DNA from: Macrostomum lignano
Lineage: Eukaryota
Assembly: GCA_002269645.1 (NCBI GenBank)
Contig: NIVC01002990.1
Span: 62,001 to 126,000 of the forward strand
Direction: 5' to 3'
Length of the DNA stretch: 64,000 bases
This document shows positions 48,256 to 60,500 of this stretch, piece by piece; position 1 is the stretch's first letter, and each line of letters opens with the position of its first letter. The notes beneath the pieces are model-generated. The model did no database searches and had not been told where the DNA came from. It saw only the letters and a program-made list of their open reading frames with translations. The position numbers and the translations under genes were made by a program.

Positions 48256-49961
48256 GATGAAAGGTTGGTGGGCTACCCTCAAAGGGGCGCGGTACCCACC
48301 CGGCCGCTCCACCTGACCGGGCAGTAGGCCAATAGCACCCTCAAGGCTGGCCCGACACCAGGAGGGGGACCGCTTGCGACCGGACTACTCCCCGGCCTTC
48401 CAGCCCATCGGCACGGTCAACACCTTAGGCATTAGAGAATACGTTGAGCAGTACCACGGCCTGCAGGTTGGCGAGCCAGACCCGCATACCCAAATTCGGC
48501 CGAAGCCACTGGATAGGGTCGCCAGCGCCGGAGCCCAGTCTGTCCAGCAGCCCTAGGGACTGCCTTGAACACACGCGGGGACGAGTACCCTGGGTCGACT
48601 TGCGAGACAGCGTGGGGGGTCTGCGGCTGCCAGAGGCAAATAGAGGGTGCAGACCTCCCACCAGCCTTGACCTGCTGAAGATAGGGGCAGGCGTGAAGCA
48701 TCGCAGACCTTAGCCCATGGGCCTAGTCTGTCTCATACTTCACTGGCATGCTGAATACGCCTTCGCGCGCAATACGTTACGGAGATAGGAGGCTTTCCAT
48801 TTTTCAGCACAAAAATTGTTATTGCTTTTGTTAGAAGGACAACCCGATGTTCATCCATGAATGTATACGTCTCGCGCGCCTTTCTTTATATAGCTCTATT
48901 GATATTCATATGGCTTTTCGTTTAGAAAATTGGGAATTAGGAAAACCTGCCTCCTTATTTTTTCCAAGAAACGTAGTTTCCTGTCCTTACTTTGAGTAGT
49001 CCAGTGATAGATGAAGCGGTACGCCCCTTTCAAACAACTACGCGCGATTGCGAAACGGACCTCAGGTCTATATCAGATCAGAAATGAGAAATCTCACGGT
49101 TGCCCCCTTTCTCATACTAAGAAACTTGCATGGGATTACATAGAAAATTTGGAATATATTAGATCGAGGCATGTGTTCGCTTTCAATGTATATTATTTTT
49201 GCTTGACCGCCTGTGATTGTGATTTATAAATGTGCACTTCGTAAGATACATGAAGTCTGAGCCTGTAGCTGTACAAGTATCTTGTAAACTTAAAACGTTC
49301 TCGCAACGTTGTAACCTTTCGTTTTTGTTTGCTTTGTGAAAGCAGTGTCCTTTATAATTTGATAAACGAAGAATGAACTGAAACATCAAAGTGACGCGAT
49401 TACAAGAGAGCCATATACAAATAAAGTTTACACTAACATGCCGTATTGGAGAGAGTCATTAATAGCGCATCAATTTTGCAGCATCATTTTCAGCATCAGC
49501 GACGCAAACAGAAACAGTGGGAAAGCAATTTTTGCACATTTCCAACTGCTGCAGCGTAGGCTTTTTTACAGCCTGCAAGTCTGAAACGCGATTAATTTCT
49601 AGTGCAGAATGAGCGAAATTGGATACAGTTAGCGGCGCTTTCACATTGAAGACAGCTGCTTAATTTTGTTGCGGTCATAAATGCGCGCAATTACGATCGA
49701 TAGCACAATTTCAGCAGTTTTAGTGTCCTGTCCCCCCCATTACATTCTGCCATACCCAACTGTCACATCAATTAAACAAACGTCCTATTAAAACGGAAAT
49801 TTAGCTACAAGGCCAACCGCGGTGCATTTCGCAATTGGGATAAAAAGCCGTTCGAAAACAAATTATTCCAGTAACTACTTGACTATCCAAGCAGCAAACG
49901 CGCGCAGTGTGCGGCAGCTCCAGATTGTACTAACGGATACGTTTTCCAACTGTCACCTGCA

Positions 49962-50417
49962 ATGAAGAACGAAATCTTTGGTTTGCTTTTGCTAGCAGCT
50001 ATTGTAGTGAGTTAACGGTATCTGTTTTATTGATTTACAATTTCAGCAGTATACTTTACTGATTGATGACTTACAGTTTTTATATTGTCAATATAATCTG
50101 TATAGGCCAGTGAACCGTTTGAGGGGCTGACTGAGGAGGAGATGGAATTGAAGCTGAAGCCCTGTCTAGTCTACAACATCAACTGCCCAGCTGACGGCAG
50201 CATGGGCAACTACAAAGAGATGAAAAAGGAGCTAGAAATGATGAAGGTTGGCATCAAGCTGCAGGGCGGCAGGACACCGCCAGAGTGCACGGAGTGCGGC
50301 CGAGGCGAGCGGTGCGACCGCGAGTGCTACTACGCCCTATTGAAAGTGGCGGTGTTGGAGCTCCCTCTCGTCCGGAATCAGAATCAGCAAAGGTTTCCAG
50401 GGAAGCGCTCCGTCTGA
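49962..50417 (+). CDS. Small secreted Cys-rich precursor, 118 aa; exons 49962-50006 and 50106-50417
   Basis: Exon 1 MKNEIFGLLLLAAIV ends at a GTGAGT donor. A 99-bp intron with a CTGAT branch-like site ends at TATAG. Exon 2 is in phase: ASEPFEG...6 Cys...QQRFPGKRSV*. AATAAA at 50522. Confidence 0.75.
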
Positions 50418-50609
50418 TACTGGAAAATTTATTTCGGTACATTGAAATACACTGACTGCTACGGCATTCTGCAGTATTCCGACTGAATGAGAACCAAATT
50501 AATTTTTGATGTAATTGCTACAATAAATCACACTTAAAATTATTAAAATATACGCATAAACATATTTAGAGTCAGCGAAATTATCACTTTATCATTATCA
50601 CTTATCATT

Positions 50610-50690
50610 ACTAGATTATCGCCTAGTTTGACTAGATTGGCGCCGAATTTGATTAGATTGCCGCCGAATTTGACTAGATTGCCCCTCCGA
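50610..50690. repeat. Short 21-bp tandem repeat (ACTAGATTGCCGCCGAATTTG), ~4 units
   Basis: Direct. Confidence 0.75.
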
Positions 50691-51677
50691 TTCAGTCAAT
50701 GGGCAGGTAAAGTACCTATTTTACAAATAAATACAACTAAAACTATCTACTCATACAAGTAATAAGCCAATTGATGAGGACGCACTTTTTCCAAATTTCA
50801 CGCTCGCACATGGGTTCCAAACTTGCTAGCCTACTAACAGCAGGCTATGGGCGTTTTTCTCCCTCTTTTGTAATTTTTCTAGAATTAATACTAGTAGGAC
50901 TTCTGTAGCTATATTAATCTGCCATACTTGTAGTTATAATAACATAGGCGCGGTTTTTTGCTGCTTTTGGGTCATAAATCATTTCGTCTGAGCTGGTCTG
51001 ACCGCCACCTGCGCCTCACTCAGTGCTGGGGCTGGCGCCAGATGGTCTGAGAGGAAGCGAATGATAGCTTTTTTCTCATCATTTTGACAGGCCATCAAGA
51101 TTTATGAGGTCAGGGCCTATTGTTCGTGTTCAATCAAGCATGTGACAGCTTTGACAGCTATGCGTTTTACCCCTAAAAGTACGTTGGGATTAGCAATTAG
51201 CGAGTTCCCTTCAATACCTCCGCTTTCCACTTAATAAGAGCTTTCTAATGTATATTTTCTCATTGATTTTTGTCAATTCTGCGCGAAAATTCATAAAATA
51301 AAAAACATATTTTTTGCGATTTTGATTGATTTATGGCCGCACCTATCATATTTTTACGACCCCGAGGGAACTGATAGGATCTCCCGGTCACGTGACTTTG
51401 GGTGGCAACAAGCAACAATCAGAAAATTCGACGCTCATTTTAACAAATCGGCTCAGCCAATCAGAATCGACGTGTTCCATTATAACAAACTGCGGTCCAG
51501 TTGGCGGCTATTTAAACGGGTGTTTTTGGCCCGCTCGGACTAACTTGGCAACCCTTTCTGGAGACCGGCCAGGAACTTGCTCTCTCCCTGGCCCGACTGT
51601 CGTTTCTTAATCCCCGGATTGCGACTCCCCCCATCATCATCAAGGACGAATTCCCCCGGTCATCAGCAGTGAACATC

Positions 51678-54600
51678 CAAGGAAGCCTCTTTGTTCGCTT
51701 CGCTCACCAGGAAGCGACACTCACTTGGCCCCTCCCCACCTCCTCTACAAGTTTAGTCTCGTTTTGGGAACTTAGGTAGCAAAGAATTTTTGTCCTTCGT
51801 TTACTGTACACTGAATTACTCATATCTTTTCTATGTTATGCCTATATCTTCTCCTGCAGGATATCATTTAGGCAGCAAAAAACAACTGATATCAACTCAC
51901 TCTGAGCAATTCTCTGATTTTCTAAAGTCTAATTTTTTAATCGAACATTTGCATAATACATCATGGGATACAAGTGCTGTGTTCCAGCTTGTGTTACTAA
52001 TTTGCCTCGGTATAAGAAGGACCCGACTGTTTCCATCCACAAGTTTCCTTCTTTCGAGAATCTGGATCTGCTGAACAAGTGGATCGCTACAATTCCTCGA
52101 CAATGGACTGAGGCCGAGCTGTGTAAGCTGCGGTCTGACCCAAGTCACAACTCTCGGGTTTGCTCTCTGCATTTTCCAGCTAAGTTCTTTGTGACTGTCT
52201 CTATGGATTCCAACCCAAATCGCAAAAGGCCGGCATCTGACGATCCATCGACTGCTACTGCTAAGCTGAAAAACCGGCGTCTGACAGATGATGCTGTGCC
52301 GTGCATCTTCCCGAATGTTGCATCCTACTTGAGCAAGGCCGTCCTGGAAGAGAGGCAAACGGTTTGTACATCGGCTGAGAGCCGTCGAGAGAACGACATC
52401 CAGCGTTGCGAGGTAGAAGCAGAGGAGCTTCTACAAAAGGATGTGATTTCTGACTTCCACGCTATTGTGTCATACGATCTACCAGATCATCTAAGGTGCT
52501 TTTTCAAGGTGATCTCTGAATCGAGTGTAACCTTTTTTACAACTAGAATGTCCGGTGCCGGCAACTTGGAGATCGCCACATCGCTGAATGTTGGCCAAGA
52601 GCTGCTGTTTGAGGTCACAGTTGGTGGTGATAAGCAAGCCTCTTTTGCTGGAGATCTGGCAGCTGACGGCAGTCTTAAAACCTTTGCCCAACTTGAAAAC
52701 ATCCTAGCTAGGCTAAAAAATGTCCGTTTGGAAGATTGCCGGCATGGTTATGAGGAGCACCTCTTACTAGCTCAGGAGGCAGTCACGAAAGCTATCACCG
52801 ACTTGTCAGCTAAGATTGAAGTCAAGAGTGATCAAGAGCTGGATACATGCATTGAGGAGGCTGCTTTTGCTAAACTGAATTTTCTTGTCGAGCAGCTAAG
52901 CTTTTCGAGTTTGAAGAAGGGGAAGCTAACATACTCCAGCGAGCTACTTGCTTTTTCATACCTGTTGCAGCACCACAGCCAATCAACGTACAATTTCATT
53001 CGGAAATCCAACACAGTCAACCTCCCAAGTGTTAGGCATCTGCAGAGGCTTTCTTCCGGATTGAGCAATGACCCTGACATCAAGGCTACCGAAGATTATC
53101 TCAAGCTAAAAGTTGACAGCCTGCCTGAGTCTGAGAGGGTAGTGCTTCTTGCAATCGACGAATTTATTCGTCGAAGCGAATGGAATTCAGTGGAGGCAAG
53201 GTATTTGGCACTGACGCAGAAACCGATGAGCTCGCCAAACTGTGTGCGCTTTTTTGATCAAGTCGCTGCATGGAGACTTCCAGGAAGTAATTTCTCTTAT
53301 TCCAAAAAGTAAGCTTAGTGCTCTGGACTTGCAAAATCACCTCACTGACTGCCTTGCTCTGCTTGATAGGGTTCACCTGAAGCCAGTGGTGTGCATTGTT
53401 GACAACAATGCAGTGAATAGGAGCCTCTTTCAGGGTCTTCTATGCAAAGGCAAGCTGCTATCATCAATTCCAAATCCGGTGTCTGGCGAGCCGCTGTTCC
53501 TTCTCTTCGACCCTGTACACAACTTTAAGAACATCTTGAACAATTGGATTTCGCGCCAGGTGTTTCAGTTTCCGGACTTTACCGATCCCCAGAAAATCCA
53601 AACAGCAGATTTTCGCGATTTGCACAAACTTCAAGAGCAAGAACTCGGGCAACCAGCTCGGATCGCCTTTCAACTGAATACAAGGTCCTTGAATCCAACA
53701 AACCTGGAGAAGACTAATGTTCAGCACGCAGCCAGCATCTTCAGCGAGTCTACTGTAGAAGCAGAAAAGTTATACAATTTTTCCTCTGGCTTGGTAGCTT
53801 TCCTAGCGCTCATTCTTAACATGTGGACGATCTGGAATGTCAAGACCACTAGGAAAGCGAAGGAAAAGCGGCTTCTCGACGCCGCTCCGCTGGTGCCGAA
53901 CGATCACCGCCTCGACAAGCTGCGCCAGTTTGCCGCTTTCTTCCAACGTTGGAAGGATTCGAAGTTGCCCGGCTTGACTGCTCCCACTTTCCTTGCTGTT
54001 AAGTCCTGCTGTCTCACTCTTGCTGATCTTTCCGAGCACCTTTTCTCTAGGTTTTTATTTCCCTCTGTTTTGACAGGTAGGATAGTCAGTGACTGGATCG
54101 AGCGGCGCTTTGGTCGCTACCGCCAGTTTCATGGAGGCAACTATTTTGTTTCTGTCCGGCAGATCCTTCAAGCCGAGAAGAAAATTCGCGTTTCCAGCCT
54201 GCTTCAGTTTTATGGCCTTGGACTGAAAGATTTAAAAATTCTTGACCAGGCGAGTTCATCCGAGTTTTTTAATCCACACTTATCCGTGAAGCTTTCAGTT
54301 CTCCAGCATCTTGACGCCGCTCTTACATCTAGTGACCGAAACATTTGTTCCTATCTTGGTGGCTACGTGTCTAAAGCTCTATGCGGCCAGCTGAAGTGCA
54401 CTGACTGCAAGAATCTTCTACTTACTAACGATTACTTGGAGTTTATTGCCGAAGAGGATTGTGCTGACGACTTTGCCCTGATTCAAATGCGTGACCGAGG
54501 CGGTCTGAAGTGCCCCAGCAAATTCGTATTTTTTCTTTTGAAGGCATCCTACTTCATGTTTGAACATCTGCGAGATTATAGTCTGTTAACTGCTGATCTT

Positions 54601-55159
54601 CTCACCTCTGGTAATTTAGTTCAAAATATTGTTGAGCTCTGCCAGGACTACGTGAGTGAATCCACTGATTTTACGACTCTTTCAAGCCAGACTTGCAGTT
54701 GTGGAAAGGCAGCTGCTACTCTTTCTTCGCGGATCTTAATTCCTGCAGTCCGGATTTATCTAAAGAATTTTGTCAATGAGACAAACGATGAGAAGGCGAA
54801 GAACCAGAAGGCGATGAATCGTAAGGCGTCCAAGCTTTCCAGCAAGAGTTCGAGTTAGCTGTTTAATATGCGTTTTAACGAGGGAAGCTCAGAGTTTAAG
54901 CGAAGATTTTTCCTTTTTGTGTATAATATTTAATGACGATTTTTATTTTTTTCAGTTTCATTCATTTGTTGTATAATTTTTAATTGCAGCCTTTTATTTT
55001 CCAAACAAACACGCATCAATTTATACACTTTTTCATACTGAGCGCACTGAAATAAGTGGGTTCTCGTGTAGTCTGGGGAAGAAAAACGAGACTCAACTTG
55101 TATAGGCACGATTTCAGTGTCGCTTCCTGGTGAGCGAAGCGAACAAAGAGGCTTCCCTG
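51678..55159 (+). mobile_element. P-element superfamily DNA transposon (THAP transposase), 44-bp TIRs, 7-bp TSD
   Basis: TIRs at 51678-51721 and 55116-55159 (one mismatch, CA...TG ends). GAACATC duplicated at 51671-51677 and 55160-55166. Subterminal inverted motif at ~51748-51766 and ~55083-55101. Confidence 0.92.
51963..54858 (+). CDS. THAP-domain P-element/THAP9-like transposase (~965 aa if one A is restored at 53161-53162 and one at 53237-53239)
   Basis: THAP: CCVPAC...HKFP...W...VCSLHF...DAVPCIF. Core: LAIDE, IVDN, FDPVHNFKN, NVQHAASIFS, SDWIERRFG. Restoring the two As gives DEIYSSKRMEFSGGKVFG...ELAKTVCAFLI. Confidence 0.9.
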
Positions 55160-57587
55160 GAACATCAAAGTTAAGAGCATCACCTGCTAGCTATCTGCGA
55201 AGGTTGTGACATCAGCATCATCCCGGGTCTACAGCTGCGAATCACTAAGCCGATTCGGTCACTGTGGATTACCTGGTCTCCGGCTGTTGAGTTTCTGATT
55301 GGTTAGGTGAGAGGCTACCTAGACTTGCTTGATTGGGTGATTCCCTGTCTGTCCCCTGTTTCAGTAGCTGGATTAGGCGCACACTTTTGCTCATTTTGTT
55401 CAGTAGTGCTGTTACTGAGACAGAAATCATTCAATAATACTGCTAGTAGTCTGAAGCTCCAATTTAATCTGAGGTGTGAAGTGATTCAAGGAGAAGGTTA
55501 AATCTGACAGTTATTTTTATCGGTTTTACTTCTTTGTTCGCCGATGGCTCAGATGAGTGGCTAAGCTAGTAGGCGCCGGTCATAGTAGACCAATGGCAAG
55601 GCAGTTCTCAGTCGATCAATCTATCAAATCAGTTAGCGAAACTGCCAGTAGTGCAGAATCGGCGCCAGAGATGTACTTTTTGCACTCTAGGTTAGCCAAG
55701 CGGCTCGGGTAATGAATCATGCGGTCTCTGAGGTTCGAGTTGGCCTATCATCAGCGCTAGGAGAGGCTGGTTGGCGCGTTGAAGGCCAAAAGTACAATTC
55801 TTCGTATTTAGCAATGTAATAGTACATGTAGCTACTCCATAGTCTCGCCACTGCAAGAATCCCCTGCACAAGTCCCCTCTGTACCTGCATGGCCAATGCG
55901 ATCTAGTCCCAGCAGTGTCCCTTATCATCGGCTATGACTTCGAGATAGACAGCAAAAGACACTAGTTGGCAGGTAAGTGCAAAGCCCCTTCTAGTCGGAA
56001 GCCCGATTTCGAAAGTTCCGGTTTGGTGAGCCAGGACGTACGGGCTGGTGGCAGCGAGTTAGCTAACCGCGGGTTAACTAATTTCTACCTTCAAAATTCT
56101 CCCTGCTTGTCTCTCGCTGTCCCTCTCTTAGCTATAGGACCTAGACTGCTCGCCACACGATCAAGCTACCATGGGGCTGACCATCTGACAGGAGTGGGGG
56201 GGGCAGGGCTCTAATTGATTTATTTCTGAGACCTGAGGCCCGAAGGCTTCCCCACAAGGGGGCTGAAAGGCCGAAACCCATCACAATAAACAACATTTTA
56301 AGCATTATTACTGAATGCTGATCACATTTTAGGATCAGTGCGTTATCGATGAAACGTATAACTTCTAAATTTACTGTTTAATATTTCAATGCAAAACAGT
56401 TTTCCTTATAAATATAGGCAAAAAAATAATATTCGTGGCGCTTTATGCATTACTGTAAGTAGACAACATTAGGCTTTAACCCCGAATTCGCGCTATTTTC
56501 AAGACTTCATCTATCCATCAAATGTACGTGTTTGGAATGAATGATTCAAATGTTTCAAATTCAAATCGGCAGCGAAACGGGGGCTGAGACAGATGTTGCT
56601 ATAAGCGCGTGCGTGTGAGCGAATACATGGCTCAGAGAATTTAGAAGTGAATAAAAATAACACAATCGTTACAACAAAAATACTATTTAAAAAAATTAAA
56701 AAGCGCATCTATAAACATTCGAAGGTTAAAAAAATAGGCTTATTATAAGACAGCTGATAGATACTGGTGAACAGAAATCGGTTTTTATATCTAACTTCAC
56801 ATGTCTGCATGCGTGAGAACAATATACCAGTGTCAAAGTCAATGTCACTTGAAAGGTATTTTAAAACTGTTTTCCCTATTATCGATTACAAGGTGGGCTG
56901 AGAATATTTTAAAGTAACAACTGATTATTAAGGTATGAATGACTCACAGGTAAAATGACCAGTTTATAAAAATCTATAAATATGCAAAAAGACAATAGAA
57001 AGGAAAATACATTAATTAAGTTAACCAGTCTGCGTAATCACGGATGTCGATCGGGCAGTCATTGGAGTTTTCCCAGACTGGCGAACTCTGAAACAATGCA
57101 AAATAAGATTTCTCGAATAAATTGGCGACACAACTATTCCGACAAGTCAGCATTTTAGAAAGGAAAGCAAAGCACACTCAAAGGCAACGGTTTTAAAAAT
57201 TTGAAACCTTAGAGATGAAGCATGCTTTGAAAACAGTTTAAAAAACATATTTTTTTCCTGACTGCGTGACCCTCCTGCAAGCTATAACCTTAGTTATTGT
57301 TATCCTCTTATCTTTCCTGCTTTACCTTTTTCATAAACATGAATAAGTTCGATAGTGAGAAAAGATTAAAACACCCCCCAAGCATCACGCATTTTAACTT
57401 TCCATGCAGAAATGTAGCAAGCAAGCAAGCATAGTTGCGTGACAGAAACAATCTGATGATGGAAAGTGTGCGCAAGCTTCAATCAACAGAAACAACGATT
57501 GACAGATGCATGTACACAGAGCACAGGTTAAAATAGGTCTGTAGTATGCTGGGACCAACTTTTTTTAGCTTACAATTCAACTTTTCA

Positions 57588-60500
57588 TTATTCTTGACGC
57601 AGACGGTAGGTGCCAGCTGATTCCACTGTGATGGAGAGAAGATACTAATTGATACTCAGTCATATTTGCTAACCAATTTGAGCTAACGTGAATGATGCGC
57701 TTCTCATGCGGATAGTTGGCTTTGAAGTGGCTTTCAGAGTGGGCTTGAAAATCCAAGTTGATTTTGGCTTACCGGTTCGGCTCTCGGGCGCCGGCTGACG
57801 GACGCTGCCAACGCTGGCGGATTTCTTGCGAATCTCGCCTGAAATTTTACGATTTATACACAATTAGACTTGCTACGCTGGTAGCTGTTAGATCCAAGGA
57901 TTAGGATGCTATGCTAATTTCTTATTCTACGTACAATTGCACATGTCCTGTGCCTTAAAATCACTAAAATGGCACGGCTCGGCTCATTGATTTTATGAAT
58001 CTATTTTATCATTCTTAGCTGACTGTGTAGAAGCTTTATGACTATCAATAGAGCAATAAGAAAGGCACAACATATCAAAAGATGAACATTAGGTCTGCTT
58101 CCTATCGAAAGCAATAACAATTTTTGTGCTGAAAAAATGAAAACCTCCTATCTTTGTAGTGTATTTTTTCGGGAAAACCTGCCTTCTAAAATTTTCCAAG
58201 AAACGAGGTTTCCCGTCCTTCTATTTGAGTAGTTCTTGGATACATCATGGACAATTAAGCAACTTACGCTTCAAACTTCGCACTACTTTGCTGCCCTGCT
58301 TCTCCTCCTTTGTCATTTCTGTCTGCTTCTTGGCAAAGTTGATAAACACCTGAAGATAAGTACAGGGGAAAGTGGTGAAAAGATCACCAGTGAAGCTTTT
58401 ATCTACAGAGAACTTACTCAAAAAACAAAGCAAAACGCACCTGGTCAAGCGTTGTCTGATTAACACTATAGTCCTGCACGGTTCCCTCCGATTTGAGGCT
58501 GTTGACAACGTTGAAGATGCGGCTCAGAGTGACATCCTGGCTGATCTGGTACTGCAGCAGCGTGCCGTGCTCTTCCTTCAACTGCGCCTCCGGCAGCTCG
58601 CTCATGAAGCGTTCGTGAAGACTCAGTACGTCTCCTGTTAGCAGGCGGTCGCTGCTACTCGCGGCAGGGCTTCTGTCCATCATCTTTGGGTTCTGATGGC
58701 CATTGTCAGAGACGGCTGTTTCAGACAATGGAGCCTCGGCGCGTGGAAGACGCAGGAAAACCGTGAAACCTTGGCCATATTTTGTCTTCAGGTGCTGCGG
58801 ACTTCCCAGGCACTTCAGTTGGCCATTCACCTTGAAGGTTGGATGCAAATGTCTGATTAATGTGACAAATGTCTGCGGAAACGAACCATGATTCTCTACT
58901 CGTTCGCTCACTCTTTCTATACTGCCCAAGGTAAAGTGCTATTTATTAAAAATCACAGTTACCATAATAGTGAGCCTGTGGCATAGGGCCTGACAGTCCT
59001 CCATGCTGTGACTAGTGAGGATCACACAGGAGCCAGCGGCCACCATTCTTTGGATGCAGCGCCACAAGAAGCGCCGCGCCCCGGGGTCCATTCCAGCAGT
59101 CGGCTCGTCCAGGAACACAATGGGCGGTCCGCCAATAAAGGCAATGCCGCAGGAGAGCTTCCGCTTGTTGCCGCCGCTGTACTCTTCAGTCAGCTTGTCC
59201 AGGTGAGGCACAATGCCAACCCTATAAAAATGTGGAACCGCTTTTGTCAGAAAAAGATAAATTAGCAAAAATCAATTTGATTGGCCAGTACTCACATTCT
59301 TGAAATGTAGGTAATTAGCTCAGGAATCTGATCCTCCGCGATGCCGCGAATCCTAGCAAACAGCTGCAGTGTCTCTCTGCCAGAGAGCAGCGGCAGGAGG
59401 GCATCAAACTGTGGACAATAGCCCATCTGCTTGTGCGCTTCGAGTACATCCGTGAGAATAGAATGCCCATTTAGGGTGGCGTCGCCACTCGTCGGATCAA
59501 TGTCGCCGGTCAGCATTTTAAAGGTGGTGGTCTTGCCTGCACCATTCACGCCCAGAAAGCCGAAGCACTCACGCTGCGAGACACCCAGAGCGACGCCATT
59601 CACTGCGGCCCGAGGACCAGTCCTGGTATGGAAAATCTTCACCAGATCCCGAATCACCAGACAGTTGCTACCTGTGGCGCCGCCGGAATCTCCGCCAGCG
59701 TTGCCCAGCACGCGATCACGCTCTGCTTTAACATCGTCTTCCTCGACTTCCCGGCGCTCCAGCAGTTTGCTGTACTTATCTTGATGGCAGGATCGGTAAA
59801 TGCGCCCGGTGCAGCAGCCTTGGCCGCAAAAGAAGTTGTACTCAATTAGCAGTACCAGTACAAAGTATACGATGCTTTGCACAGCCAGGCAAATAATGTA
59901 GCGTATGGTTTGCTCCCATGCATTGTCACTAATCGTAACGTCGCCGTAAGATGACGCTAGAGTCTGGACGCTAACTCCCAATGAGTCAGCGAGCTCCTTG
60001 AGCTTTACGGAAAACTGATAGTAGTAGTTAAGCTCCATTAGTCCCTGTCCAAGACAAAAGTGAGGAAACACGAGGAACACATACTTCAATGCGTTTGCAG
60101 TATTCTGCATCTGGTCGTCCTTGTTCTCCAGAGCGATCATTTCTACGATTGCTACTGACATGGTGGTGACGAAGCCGACGCCAAGGTTAAAGCATGACAG
60201 CATTGTGAACGCTTTGCTAGGTACACTGAGCACCCAACTGAACGGGTACATAACCGGCGCATTGGCAAAGCCGAACAAAAGCATGATGACAATGAAGGGG
60301 CCGATAGTATCCTTGCTGACAAACGCCTCCGATTTGAAGGCAACGAAGATCAGAATGAGAATAACTAACGGGACTAAATAGTTCACCATGTTCCACAAGT
60401 GGTTTATTAGCCAATAGAGCGCTGGATTGATACCCGACACGAACTGCAGGTGCTTGGCATTCGTTCGTCTCTCTGTTATTAAGAATAGCACAAAGCTAGC

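Larger units (their letters stand above)
44540..48770 (-). mobile_element. Non-LTR retrotransposon (I/R1/LOA-group-like, RT + RNase H), internally deleted
   Basis: 13-bp TSD AATACGTTACGGA at 44527-44539 and 48771-48783. 3' end AAGTCAAAGTAAG follows a GC-rich hairpin 3' UTR. A partial ORF1 is fused to an ORF2 that lacks the endonuclease. Confidence 0.9.
44455..49000. mobile_element. Small MITE-like element (~300 bp before LINE insertion) split by the LINE; related partial copy at ~58030-58240
   Basis: 44460-44525 and ~48935-49000 are imperfect inverted repeats. The rejoined flanks (to 44539 plus from 48784), reverse-complemented, align collinearly with 58030-58240. Confidence 0.55.

Noticed and set aside
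55693-55745. Pol III A-box (TAGCCAAGCGG) and partial B-box (GGTTCGAGT) as a tRNA gene
   Set aside because: No acceptor stem or cloverleaf, the B-box is incomplete, and there is no second copy in the window.
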